Shown here piece by piece: positions 1-15,000 of a stretch of DNA of 64,000 nt. The first letter of the stretch is position 1, and every line of letters begins with the position of its first letter. Made by a program: the position numbers and the translations under genes. Source of the stretch: Nemertoderma westbladi (taxonomy: Eukaryota; Animalia; Xenacoelomorpha); assembly GCA_032718475.1 (NCBI GenBank), contig JAUCBJ010003075.1, forward strand, positions 1,656 through 65,655, read 5' to 3'. The notes under the pieces were generated by a model that made no database searches, was not told the origin of the DNA, and saw only the letters and a program-made list of their open reading frames with translations.

Positions 1-3000
1 AGTGTCGCTTAGCTGTGTTGTAACTGGAAACGGAACAGTGTCGCTTACCTGTGTTGTAACTGGAGATGGAACAGTGTCGCTTACCTGTGTTGTAACTGAT
101 ACGGAACTGTGTCGCTTACCTGTGTTGTAACTGGTTACGGAACAGTGTCGCTTACCTGTGTTGTAACTGGAGACGGAACAGTGTCGCTTACCTGTGTTGT
201 AACTGGAGACGGAACAGTGTCGCTTACCTGTGTTGTAACTGGAGACGGAACAGTGTCGCTTACCTATGTTGTAACTGATACGGAACAGTGTCGCTTACCT
301 GTGTTGTTACTGGTTACGGAACAGTGTCGCTTACCTGTGTTGTAACTGGAGACGGAACAGTGTCGCTTACCTGTGTTGTAACTGGATACGGAACAGTGCC
401 GCTTACCTGCGTTGTAACTGATACGGAACAGTGTCGCTTACCTGCGTTGTAACCGGAGACGGAACAGTGTCGCTTACCTGTGTTGTAACTGGAGACGGAA
501 CAGTGTCGCTTACCTGTGTTGTAACTGGATACGGAACAGTGCCGCTTACCTGTGTTGTAACTGATACGGAACAGTGTCGCTTACCTGTGTTGTAACTGAT
601 ACGGAACTGTGTCGCTTACCTGTGTTGTAACTGGTTACGGAACAGTGTCGCTTACCTGTGTTGTAACTGGAGACGGAACAGTGTCGCTTACCTACGTTGT
701 AACCGATACGGAACAGTGTCGCTTACCTACGTTGTAACTGGAGACGGAACAGTGTCGTTTACCTGTGTTGTAACCGATACGGAACAGTGTCGCTTACCTG
801 TGTTGTAACCGATACGGAACAGTGTCGCTTACCTGTGTTGTAACTGATACGGAACAGTGTCGCTTACCTGTGTTGTAACTGGAGACGGAACAGTGTCGCT
901 TACCTGTGTTGTAACTGATACGGAACAGTGTCGCTTACCTGTGTTGTAACTGATACGGAACTGTGTCGCTTACCTGTGTTGTAACTGGAGACGGAACAGT
1001 GTCGCTTACCTGTGTTGTAACTGGAGACGGAACAGTGTCGCTTACCTGTGTTGTAACTGAGACGGAACAGTGTCGCTTACCTGTGTTGTAACTGATACGG
1101 AACAGTGTCGCTTACCTGTGTTGTAACTGATACGGAACAGTGTCGCTTACCTGTGTTGTAACTGGATACGGAACAGTGTCGCTTACCTGTGTTGTAACTG
1201 GAGACGGAACAGTGTCGCTTACCTGTGTTGTAACTGATACGGAACAGTGTCGCTTACCTATGTTGTAACTGATACGGAACAGTGTCGCTTACCTGTGTTG
1301 TAACTGGAGACGGAACAGTGTCGCTTACCTGTGTTGTAACTGGATACGGAACAGTGTCGCTTACCTGTGTTGTAACTGGAGACGGAACAGTGTCGCTTAC
1401 CTGTGTTGTAACTGGAGACGGAACAGTGTCGCTTACCTATGTTGTAACTGATACGGAACAGTGTCGCTTACCTGTGTTGTAACTGGAGACGGAACAGTGT
1501 CGCTTACCTGTGTTGTAACTGGATACGGAACAGTGTCGCTTACCTGTGTTGTAACTGGAGACGGAACAGTGTCGCTTACCTGTGTTGTAACTGATACGGA
1601 ACAGTGTCGCTTACCTGTGTTGTAACTGATACGGAACAGTGTCGCTTACCTACGTTGTAACCGATACGGAACAGTGTCGCTTACCTACGTTGTAACCGAT
1701 ACGGAACAGTGTCGCTTACCTGTGTTGTAACTGGAGACGGAACAGTGTCGCTTACCTGTGTTGTAACTGATACGGAACAGTGTCGCTTACCTGTGTTGTA
1801 ACTGATACGGAACAGTGTCGCTTACCTACGTTGTAACCGATACGGAACAGTGTCGCTTACCTGTGTTGTAACTGATACGGAACAGTGTCGCTTACCTACG
1901 TTGTAACCGATACGGAACAGTGTCGCTTACCTGTGTTGTAACTGGAGACGGAACAGTGTCGCTTACCTGTGTTGTAACTGATACGGAACAGTGTCGCTTA
2001 CCTACGTTGTAACCGATACGGAACAGTGTCGCTTACCTACGTTGTAACCGATACGGAACAGTGTCGCTTACCTACGTTGTAACCGATACGGAACAGTGTC
2101 GCTTACCTGTGTTGTAACTGGAGACGGAACAGTGTCGCTTACCTGTGTTGTAACTGGTTACGGAACAGTGTCGCTTACCTGTGTTGTAACTGGTTACGGA
2201 ACAGTGTCGCTTACCTGTGTTGTAACTGGATACGGAACAGTGTCGCTTACCTATGTTGTAACTGATACGGAACAGTGTCGCTTACCTGTGTTGTAACTGG
2301 AGACGGAACAGTGTCGCTTACCTGTGTTGTAACTGGAGACGGAACAGTGTCGCTTACCTGTGTTGTTACTGGAAACGGAACAGTGTCGCTTACCTGTGTT
2401 GTAACTGGAGACGGAACAGTGTCGCTTACCTGTGTTGTAACCGATACGGAACAGTGTCGCTTACCTGTGTTGTAACTGGAGACGGAACAGTGTCGCTTAC
2501 CTACGTTGTAACCGATACGGAACAGTGTCGCTTACCTACGTTGTAACCGATACGGAACAGTGTCGCTTACCTGTGTTGTAACTGGAGACGGAACAGTGTC
2601 GCTTACCTGTGTTGTAACTGGAGACGGAACCGTGTCGCTTACCTGTGTTGTAACTGATACGGAACAGTGTCGCTTACCTACGTTGTAACCGATACGGAAC
2701 AGTGTCGCTTACCTGTGTTGTAACTGGAGACGGAACAGTGTCGCTTACCTGTGTTGTAACTGATACGGAACAGTGTCGCTTACCTACGTTGTAACCGATA
2801 CGGAACAGTGTCGCTTACCTACGTTGTAACCGATACGGAACAGTGTCGCTTACCTGTGTTGTAACTGGAGACGGAACAGTGTCGCTTACCTGTGTTGTAA
2901 CTGGAGACGGAACCGTGTCGCTTACCTGTGTTGTAACTGGAGACGGAACAGTGTCGCTTACCTGTGTTGTAACTGGAGACGGAACAGTGTCGCTTACCTG

Positions 3001-6000
3001 TGTTGTAACTGATACGGAACAGTGTCGCTTACCTACGTTGTAACCGATACGGAACAGTGTCGCTTACCTACGTTGTAACCGATACGGAACAGTGTCGCTT
3101 ACCTGTGTTGTAACTGGTTACGGAACAGTGTCGCTTACCTGTGTTGTAACTGGAGACGGAACAGTGTCGCTTACCTGTGTTGTAACTGATACGGAACAGT
3201 GTCGCTTACCTACGTTGTAACCGATACGGAACAGTGTCGCTTACCTACGTTGTAACCGATACGGAACAGTGTCGCTTACCTGTGTTGTAACTGGTTACGG
3301 AACAGTGTCGCTTACCTGTGTTGTAACTGGAGACGGAACAGTGTCGCTTACCTGTGTTGTAACTGGAGACGGAACCGTGTCGCTTACCTGTGTTGTAACT
3401 GATACGGAACAGTGTCGCTTACCTACGTTGTAACCGATACGGAACAGTGTCGCTTACCTGTGTTGTAACTGGAGACGGAACAGTGTCGCTTACCTGTGTT
3501 GTAACTGATACGGAACAGTGTCGCTTACCTACGTTGTAACCGATACGGAACAGTGTCGCTTACCTACGTTGTAACCGATACGGAACAGTGTCGCTTACCT
3601 GTGTTGTAACTGGAGACGGAACAGTGTCGCTTACCTGTGTTGTAACTGGAGACGGAACCGTGTCGCTTACCTACGTTGTAACCGATACGGAACAGTGTCG
3701 CTTACCTACGTTGTAACCGATACGGAACAGTGTCGCTTACCTGTGTTGTAACTGGAGACGGAACAGTGTCGCTTACCTACGTTGTAACCGATACGGAACA
3801 GTGTCGCTTACCTACGTTGTAACTGGAGACGGAACAGTGTCGCTTACCTGTGTTGTTACTGGTTTACGGAACAGTGTCGCTTACCTGTGTTGTAACTGGA
3901 GACGGAACAGTGTCGCTTACCTGTGTTGTAACTGGAGACGGAACAGTGTCGCTTACCTGTGTTGTAACTGGAGACGGAACAGTGTCGCTTACCTGTTTTG
4001 TAACTGAGACGGAACAGTGTCGCTTACCTGTGTTGTAACTGGAGACGGAACCGTGTCGCTTACCTGTGTTGTAACTGGAGACGGAACAGTGTCGCTTACC
4101 TGTGTTGTAACTGGATACGGAACAGTGTCGCTTACCTGTGTTGTAACTGGAGACGGAACAGTGTCGCTTACCTGTGTTGTAACTGGAGACGGAACCGTGT
4201 CGCTTACCTACGTTGTAACCGATACGGAACAGTGTCGCTTACCTACGTTGTAACCGATACGGAACAGTGTCGCTTACCTGTGTTGTAACTGGAGACGGAA
4301 CAGTGTCGCTTACCTGTGTTGTAACTGGAGACGGAACAGTGTCGCTTACCTGTGTTGTAACTGGAGACGGAACAGTGTCGCTTACCTGTGTTGTAACTGG
4401 ATACGGAACAGTGTCGCTTACCTGTGTTGTAACTGGAGACGGAACAGTGTCGCTTACCTACGTTGTAACCGATACGGAACAGTGTCGCTTACCTACGTTG
4501 TAACCGATACGGAACAGTGTCGCTTACCTACGTTGTAACCGATACGGAACAGTGTCGCTTACCTGTGTTGTAACTGGAGACGGAACAGTGTCGCTTACCT
4601 ACGTTGTAACCGATACGGAACAGTGTCGCTTACCTGTGTTGTAACTGGATACGGAACAGTGTCGCTTACCTACGTTGTAACCGATACGGAACAGTGTCGC
4701 TTACCTGTGTTGTAACTGGAGACGGAACAGTGTCGCTTACCTGTGTTGTAACTGGAGACGGAACAGTGTCGCTTACCTGTGTTGTAACTGGAGACGGAAC
4801 AGTGTCGCTTACCTGTGTTGTAACTGGAGACGGAACAGTGTCGCTTACCTGTGTTGTAACTGATACGGAACAGTGTCGCTTACCTACGTTGTAACCGATA
4901 CGGAACAGTGTCGCTTACCTGTGTTGTAACCGATACGGAACAGTGTCGCTTACCTGTGTTGTAACTGATACGGAACAGTGTCGCTTACCTGTGTTGTAAC
5001 TGGAGACGGAACAGTGTCGCTTACCTGTGTTGTAACTGGAGACGGAACAGTGTCGCTTACCTGTGTTGTAACTGATACGGAACCGTGTCGCTTACCTACG
5101 TTGTAACCGATACGGAACAGTGTCGCTTACCTACGTTGTAACTGATACGGAACAGTGTCGCTTACCTACGTTGTAACCGATACGGAACAGTGTCGCTTAC
5201 CTACGTTGTAACTGGAGACGGAACAGTGTCGCTTACCTACGTTGTAACTGGAGACGGAACAGTGTCGCTTACCTGTGTTGTAACTGATACGGAACAGTGT
5301 CGCTTACCTGTGTTGTAACTGGAGACGGAACAGTGTCGCTTACCTGTGTTGTAACTGATACGGAACAGTGTCGCTTACCTGTGTTGTAACTGATACGGAA
5401 CTGTGTCGCTTACCTGTGTTGTAACTGGAGACGGAACAGTGTCGCTTACCTGTGTTGTAACTGGAGACGGAACAGTGTCGCTTACCTGTGTTGTAACTGA
5501 TACGGAACAGTGTCGCTTACCTGTGTTGTAACCGATACGGAACAGTGTCGCTTACCTACGTTGTAACTGGAGACGGAACAGTGTCGTTTACCTGTGTTGT
5601 AACTGATACGGAACAGTGTCGCTTACCTGTTTTGTAACTGGAGACGGAACAGTGTCGCTTACCTGTGTTGTAACTGGAGACGGAACAGTGTCGCTTACCT
5701 GTGTTGTAACTGGATACGGAACAGTGTCGCTTACCTACGTTGTAACCGATACGGAACAGTGTCGCTTACCTACGTTGTAACCGATACGGAACAGTGTCGC
5801 TTACCTACGTTGTAACTGGAGACGGAACAGTGTCGTTTACCTGTGGTGTAACTGATACGGAACAGTGTCGCTTACCTGTTTTGTAACTGGAGACGGAACA
5901 GTGTCGCTTACCTGTGTTGTAACTGATACGGAACAGTGTCGCTTACCTGTGTTGTAACCGATACGGAACAGTGTCGCTTACCTACGTTGTAACCGATACG

Positions 6001-9000
6001 GAACAGTGTCGCTTACCTACGTTGTAACCGATACGGAACAGTGTCGCTTACCTGTGTTGTAACTGGATACGGAACAGTGTCGCTTACCTGTGTTGTAACT
6101 GGAGACGGAACAGTGTCGCTTACCTGTGTTGTAACTGGATACGGAACAGTGTCGCTTACCTACGTTGTAACCGATACGGAACAGTGTCGCTTACCTACGT
6201 TGTAACCGATACGGAACAGTGTCGCTTACCTACGTTGTAACTGGAGACGGAACAGTGTCGTTTACCTGTGTTGTAACTGATACGGAACAGTGTCGCTTAC
6301 CTGTGTTGTAACTGATACGGAACAGTGTCGCTTACCTGTGTTGTAACTGATACGGAACAGTGTCGCTTACCTACGTTGTAACTGATACGGAACAGTGTCG
6401 CTTACCTACGTTGTAACCGATACGGAACAGTGTCGCTTACCTACGTTGTAACCGATACGGAACAGTGTCGCTTACCTGTGTTGTAACTGGAGACGGAACA
6501 GTGTCGCTTACCTGTGTTGTAACTGATACGGAACAGTGTCGCTTACCTGTGTTGTAACTGGTTACGGAACAGTGTCGCTTACCTGTGTTGTAACTGGAGA
6601 CGGAACAGTGTCGCTTACCTGTGTTGTAACTGGATACGGAACAGTGTCGCTTACCTACGTTGTAACCGATACGGAACAGTGTCGCTTACCTACGTTGTAA
6701 CTGGAGACGGAACAGTGTCGTTTACCTGTGTTGTAACTGATACGGAACAGTGTCGCTTACCTGTGTTCTAACTGGAGGCGGAACAGTGTCGCTTACCTGT
6801 GTTGTAACTGGTTACGGAACAGTGTCGCTTACCTACGTTGTAACCGATACGGAACAGTGTCGCTTACCTACGTTGTAACCGATACGGAACAGTGTCGCTT
6901 ACCTGTGTTGTAACTGGAGACGGAACAGTGTCGCTTACCTGTGTTGTAACTGGAGACGGAACAGTGTCGCTTACCTACGTTGTAACTGGAGACGGAACAG
7001 TGTCGCTTACCTACGTTGTAACCGATACGGAACAGTGTCGCTTACCTACGTTGTAACCGATACGGAACAGTGTCGCTTACCTACGTTGTAACTGGAGACG
7101 GAACAGTGTCGCTTACCTGTGTTGTAACTGGAGACGGAACAGTGTCGCTTACCTACGTTGTAACTGGAGACGGAACAGTGTCGTTTACCTGTGTTGTAAC
7201 TGGAGACGGAACAGTGTCGCTTACCTACGTTGTAACCGATACGGAACAGTGTCGCTTACCTACGTTGTAACCGATACGGAACAGTGTCGCTTACCTACGT
7301 TGTAACTGGAGACGGAACAGTGTCGTTTACCTACGTTGTAACCGATACGGAACAGTGTCGCTTACCTACGTTGTAACCGATACGGAACAGTGTCGCTTAC
7401 CTACGTTGTAACCGATACGGAACAGTGTCGCTTACCTACGTTGTAACTGGAGACGGAACAGTGTCGTTTACCTACGTTGTAACCGATACGGAACAGTGTC
7501 GCTTACCTGTGTTGTAACTGATACGGAACAGTGTCGCTTACCTGTGTTGTAACCGATACGGAACAGTGTCGCTTACCTACGTTGTAACCGATACGGAACA
7601 GTGTCGCTTACCTGTGTTGTAACTGGAGACGGAACATTGTCGCTTACCTGTGTTGTAACTGGTTACGGAACAGTGTCGCTTACCTGTGTTGTAACTGGAG
7701 ACGGAACAGTGTCGCTTACCTGTGTTGTAACTGGAGACGGAACAGTGTCGTTTACCTACGTTGTAACCGATACGGAACAGTGTCGCTTACCTGTGTTGTA
7801 ACTGATACGGAACAGTGTCGCTTACCTGTGTTGTAACCGATACGGAACAGTGTCGCTTACCTACGTTGTAACCGATACGGAACAGTGTCGCTTACCTGTG
7901 TTGTAACTGGAGACGGAACATTGTCGCTTACCTGTGTTGTAACTGGTTACGGAACAGTGTCGCTTACCTGTGTTGTAACTGGAGACGGAACAGTGTCGCT
8001 TACCTGTGTTGTAACTGGATACGGAACAGTGTCGCTTACCTACGTTGTAACCGATACGGAACAGTGTCGCTTACCTACGTTGTAACTGATACGGAACAGT
8101 GTCGCTTACCTACGTTGTAACTGATACGGAACAGTGTCGCTTACCTACGTTGTAACCGATACGGAACAGTGTCGCTTACCTACGTTGTAACCAATACGGA
8201 ACAGTGTCGCTTACCTACGTTGTAACCGATACGGAACAGTGTCGCTTACCTACGTTGTAACCGATACGGAACAGTGTCGCTTACCTGTGTTGTAACTGGA
8301 GACGGAACATTGTCGCTTACCTGTGTTGTAACTGGTTACGGAACAGTGTCGCTTACCTGTGTTGTAACTGGAGACGGAACAGTGTCGCTTACCTGTGTTG
8401 TAACTGGATACGGAACAGTGTCGCTTACCTACGTTGTAACCGATACGGAACAGTGTCGCTTACCTGTGTTGTAACTGGAGACGGAACAGTGTCGCTTACC
8501 TACGTTGTAACCGATACGGAACAGTGTCGCTTACCTACGTTGTAACTGGAGACGGAACAGTGTCGTTTACCTGTGTTGTAACTGATACGGAACAGTGTCG
8601 CTTACCTGTGTTGTAACTGATACGGAACAGTGTCGCTTACCTACGTTGTAACCGATACGGAACAGTGTCGCTTACCTACGTTGTAACCGATACGGAACAG
8701 TGTCGCTTACCTACGTTGTAACCGATACGGAACAGTGTCGCTTACCTACGTTGTAACTGATACGGAACAGTGTCGCTTACCTGTTTTGTAACTGGAGACG
8801 GAACAGTGTCGCTTACCTGTGTTGTAACTGATACGGAACAGTGTCGCTTACCTGTGTTGTAACTGATACGGAACTGTGTCGCTTACCTGTGTTGTAACTG
8901 GAGACGGAACAGTGTCGCTTATCTGTGCTGTAACTGGAGACGGAACAGTGTCGCTTACCTGTGTTGTAACCGATACGGAACAGTGTCGCTTACCTGTGTT

Positions 9001-12000
9001 GTAACTGGTTTCGGAACAGTGTCGCTTACCTGTGTTGTAACCGATACGGAACAGTGTCGCTTACCTACGTTGTAACTGGAGACGGAACAGTGTCGTTTAC
9101 CTGTGTTGTAACTGATACGGAACAGTGTCGCTTACCTGTTTTGTAACTGGAGACGGAACAGTGTCGCTTACCTGTGTTGTAACTGATACGGAACAGTGTC
9201 GCTTACCTGTGTTGTAACTGATACGGAACTGTGTCGCTTACCTGTGTTGTAACTGGAGACGGAACAGTGTCGCTTATCTGTGCTGTAACTGGAGACGGAA
9301 CAGTGTCGCTTATCTGTGCTGTAACTGGAGACGGAACAGTGTCGCTTACCTGTGTTGTAACCGATACGGAACAGTGTCGCTTACCTGTGTTGTAACTGGT
9401 TTCGGAACAGTGTCGCTTACCTGTGTTGTAACTGGAGACGGAACAGTGTCGCTTACCTACGTTGTAACCGATACGGAACAGTGTCGCTTACCTACGTTGT
9501 AACCGATACGGAACAGTGTCGCTTACCTGTGTTGTAACTGGAGACGGAACAGTGTCGCTTACCTACGTTGTAACTGATACGGAACAGTGTCGCTTACCTG
9601 TGTTGTAACTGATACGGAACTGTGTCGCTTACCTGTGTTGTAACTGGAGACGGAACAGTGTCGCTTATCTGTGCTGTAACTGGAGACGGAACAGTGTCGC
9701 TTACCTGTGTTGTAACCGATACGGAACAGTGTCGCTTACCTGTGTTGTAACTGGTTTCGGAACAGTGTCGCTTACCTGTGTTGTAACTGATACGGAACAG
9801 TGTCGCTTACCTGTGTTGTAACTGGAGACGGAACAGTGTCGCTTACCTGTGTTGTAACTGATACGGAACAGTGTCGCTTACCTACGTTGTAACCGATACG
9901 GAACAGTGTCGCTTACCTGTGTTGTAACTGGAGACGGAACAGTGTCGCTTATCTGTGCTGTAACTGGAGACGGAACAGTGTCGCTTACCTGTGTTGTAAC
10001 CGATACGGAACAGTGTCGCTTACCTGTGTTGTAACTGGTTTCGGAACAGTGTCGCTTACCTGTGTTGTAACTGATACGGAACAGTGTCGCTTACCTGTGT
10101 TGTAACTGGAGACGGAACAGTGTCGCTTACCTACGTTGTAACTGATACGGAACAGTGTCGCTTACCTACGTTGTAACTGATACGGAACAGTGTCGCTTAC
10201 CTGTGTTGTAACTGGAGACGGAACAGTGTCGCTTACCTACGTTGTAACCGATACGGAACAGTGTCGCTTACCTACGTTGTAACCGATACGGAACTGTGTC
10301 GCTTACCTGTGTTGTAACCGATACGGAACTGTGTCGCTTACCTGTGTTGTAACTGGAGACGGAACTGTGTCGCTTACCTGTGTTGTAACTGGATACGGAA
10401 CAGTGTCGCTTACCTACGTTGTAACTGGAGACGGAACAGTGTCGCTTACCTGTGTTGTAACCGATACGGAACAGTGTCGCTTACCTGTGTTGTAACCGAT
10501 ACGGAACTGTGTCGCTTACCTGTGTTGTAACTGGAGACGGAACTGTGTCGCTTACCTGTGTTGTAACTGGATACGGAACAGTGTCGCTTACCTACGTTGT
10601 AACTGGAGACGGAACAGTGTCGTTTACCTGTGTTGTAACTGGATACGGAACAGTGTCGCTTACCTACGTTGTAACTGGAGACGGAACAGTGTCGTTTACC
10701 TGTGTTGTAACTGGATACGGAACAGTGTCGCTTACCTACGTTGTAACCGATACGGAACAGTGTCGCTTACCTGTGTTGTAACCGATACGGAACAGTGTCG
10801 CTTACCTGTGTTGTAACTGGAGACGGAACAGTGTCGCTTACCTACGTTGTAACTGATACGGAACAGTGTCGCTTACCTACGTTGTAACCGATACGGAACA
10901 GTGTCGCTTACCTACGTTGTAACTGGAGACGGAACAGTGTCGTTTACCTGTGTTGTAACTGGATACGGAACAGTGTCGCTTACCTACGTTGTAACTGGAG
11001 ACGGAACAGTGTCGTTTACCTGTGTTGTAACTGGATACGGAACAGTGTCGCTTACCTGTGTTGTAACTATGGAGACGGAACAGTGTCGCTTACCTGTGTT
11101 GTAACCGATACGGAACAGTGTCGCTTACCTGTGTTGTAACTGGAGACGGAACAGTGTCGCTTACCTACGTTGTAACTGATACGGAACAGTGTCGCTTACC
11201 TACGTTGTAACCGATACGGAACAGTGTCGCTTACCTGTGTTGTAACTATGGAGACGGAACAGTGTCGCTTACCTGTGTTGTAACTGGAGACGGAACAGTG
11301 TCGCTTACCTGTGTTGTAACTGGAGACGGAACAGTGTCGCTTACCTGTGTTGTAACTGATACGGAACAGTGTCGCTTACCTGTGTTGTAACTGGTTACGG
11401 AACAGTGTCGCTTACCTGTGTTGTAACTGATACGGAACAGTGTCGCTTACCTGTGTTGTAACTGGAGACGGAACAGTGTCGCTTACCTGTGTTGTTACTG
11501 GTTTACGGAACTGTGTCGCTTACCTGTGTTGTAACTGGAGACGGAACAGTGTCGCTTACCTACGTTGTAACTGATACGGAACAGTGTCGCTTACCTACGT
11601 TGTAACTGATACGGAACAGTGTCGCTTACCTGTGTTGTAACCGATACGGAACAGTGTGGCTTACCTGTGTTGTAACTGGAGACGGAACAGTGTCGCTTAC
11701 CTGTGTTGTAACTGGAGACGGAACAGTGTCGCTTACCTGTGTTGTTACTGGTTTACGGAACTGTGTCGCTTACCTGTGTTGTAACTGGTTACGGAACAGT
11801 GTCGCTTACCTGTGTTGTAACTGATACGGAACAGTGTCGCTTACCTGTGTTGTAACTGGAGACGGAACAGTGTCGCTTACCTGTGTTGTTACTGGTTTAC
11901 GGAACTGTGTCGCTTACCTACGTTGTAACTGGTTACGGAACAGTGTCGCTTACCTGTGTTGTAACTGGAGACGGAACAGTGTCGCTTACCTGTGTTGTAA

Positions 12001-15000
12001 CTGGAGACGGAACAGTGTCGCTTACCTGTGTTGTAACTGGAGACGGAACAGTGTCGCTTACCTGTGTTGTAACTGGAGACGGAACAGTGTCGCTTACCTA
12101 TGTTGTAACTGATACGGAACTGTGTCGCTTACCTATGTTGTAACTGATACGGAACAGTGTCGCTTACCTGTGTTGTAACTGGAGACGGAACAGTGTCGCT
12201 TACCTGTGTTGTTACTGGTTTACGGAACTGTGTCGCTTACCTGTGTTGTAACTGGTTACGGAACAGTGTCGCTTACCTGTGTTGTAACTGATACGGAACA
12301 GTGTCGCTTACCTGTGTTGTAACTGGAGACGGAACAGTGTCGCTTACCTGTGTTGTTACTGGTTTACGGAACTGTGTCGCTTACCTGTGTTGTAACTGGA
12401 GACGGAACAGTGTCGCTTACCTACGTTGTAACTGATACGGAACAGTGTCGCTTACCTACGTTGTAACCGATACGGAACAGTGTCGCTTACCTACGTTGTA
12501 ACCGATACGGAACAGTGTCGCTTACCTACGTTGTAACCGATACGGAACAGTGTCGCTTACCTACGTTGTAACCGATACGGAACAGTGTCGCTTACCTGTG
12601 TTGTAACCGATACGGAACAGTGTCGCTTACCTGTGTTGTAACTGGAGACGGAACAGTGTCGCTTACCTGTGTTGTAACTGGAGGCGAAACAGTGTCGCTT
12701 ACCTGTGTTGTAACTGGAGACGGAACAGTGTCGCTTACCTGTGTTGTAACTGATACGGAACAGTGTCGCTTACCTGTGTTGTAACTGATACGGAACAGTG
12801 TCGCTTACCTACGTTGTAACCGATACGGAACAGTGTCGCTTACCTACGTTGTAACCGATACGGAACAGTGTCGCTTACCTGTGTTGTAACTGGTTACGGA
12901 ACAGTGTCGCTTACCTGTGTTGTAACTGGTTACGGAACAGTGTCGCTTACCTGTGTTGTAACTGATACGGAACCGTGTCGCTTACCTGTGTTGTAACTGG
13001 AGACGGAACAGTGTCGCTTACCTGTGTTGTAACTGGAGACGGAACAGTGTCGCTTACCTACGTTGTAACCGATACGGAACAGTGTCGCTTACCTACGTTG
13101 TAACCGATACGGAACAGTGTCGCTTACCTGTGTTGTAACTGGAGACGGAACAGTGTCGCTTACCTACGTTGTAACCGATACGGAACAGTGTCGCTTACCT
13201 GTGTTGTAACTGGAGACGGAACTGTGTCGCTTACCTGTGTTGTAACTGGAGACGGAACAGTGTCGCTTACCTGTGTTGTAACTGGAGACGGAACAGTGTC
13301 GCTTACCTGTGTTGTAACTGGAGGCGGAACAGTGTCGCTTACCTGTGTTGTAACTATGGAGACGGAACAGTGTCGCTTACCTGTGTTGTAACTGGATAAG
13401 GAACAGTGTCGCTTACCTACGTTGTAACCGATACGGAACAGTGTCGCTTACCTACGTTGTAACCGATACGGAACAGTGTCGCTTACCTGTGTTGTAACTG
13501 GTTACGGAACAGTGTCGCTTACCTGTGTTGTAACTGGAGGCGGAACAGTGTCGCTTACCTGTGTTGTAACTATGGAGACGGAACAGTGTCGCTTACCTGT
13601 GTTGTAACTGGATACGGAACAGTGTCGCTTACCTACGTTGTAACCGATACGGAACAGTGTCGCTTACCTACGTTGTAACCGATACGGAACAGTGTCGCTT
13701 ACCTGTGTTGTAACTGGTTTCGGAACAGTGTCGCTTACCTGTGTTGTAACTGGTTACGGAACAGTGTCGCTTACCTGTGTTGTAACTGATACGGAACAGT
13801 GTCGCTTACCTGTGTTGTAACTGGAGACGGAACAGTGTCGCTTACCTGTGTTGTAACTGGAGGCGGAACAGTGTCGCTAACCTGTGTTGTAACTGGAGGC
13901 GGAATAGTGTCGTTTACCTGTGTTGTAACTGGTTACGGAACAGTGTCGCTTACCTGTGTTGTAACTGGAGACGGAACAGTGTCGCTTACCTGTGTTGTAA
14001 CTGGAGACGGAACAGTGTCGCTTACCTACGTTGTAACCGATACGGAACAGTGTCGCTTACCTACGTTGTAACCGATACGGAACAGTGTCGCTTACCTACG
14101 TTGTAACCGATACGGAACAGTGTCGCTTACCTGTGTTGTAACTGGAGACGGAACAGTGTCGCTTACCTGTGTTGTAACTGATACGGAACAGTGTCGCTTA
14201 CCTACGTTGTAACCGATACGGAACAGTGTCGCTTACCTACGTTGTAACCGATACGGAACAGTGTCGCTTACCTGTGTTGTAACTGGAGACGGAACAGTGT
14301 CGCTTACCTGTGTTGTAACTGATACGGAACAGTGTCGCTTACCTACGTTGTAACCGATACGGAACAGTGTCGCTTACCTACGTTGTAACCGATACGGAAC
14401 AGTGTCGCTTACCTACGTTGTAACCGATACGGAACAGTGTCGCTTACCTACGTTGTAACCGATACGGAACAGTGTCGCTTACCTACGTTGTAACCGATAC
14501 GGAAGAGTGTCGCTTACCTACGTTGTAACCGATACGGAACAGTGTCGCTTACCTACGTTGTAACCGATACGGAACAGTGTCGCTTACCTACGTTGTAACT
14601 GGTTTCGGAACAGTGTCGCTTACCTGTGTTGTAACTGGAGACGGAACAGTGTCGCTTACCTACGTTGTAACTGGTTTCGGAACAGTGTCGCTTACCTGTG
14701 TTGTAACTGGTTTCGGAACAGTGTCGCTTACCTGTGTTGTAACTGGTTACGGAACAGTGTCGCTTACCTACGTTGTAACCGATACGGAACAGTGTCGCTT
14801 ACCTACGTTGTAACCGATACGGAACAGTGTCGCTTACCTACGTTGTAACTGGTTTCGGAACAGTGTCGCTTACCTGTGTTGTAACTGGAGACGGAACAGT
14901 GTCGCTTACCTACGTTGTAACTGGTTTCGGAACAGTGTCGCTTACCTGTGTTGTAACTGGTTTCGGAACAGTGTCGCTTACCTGTGTTGTAACTGGTTAC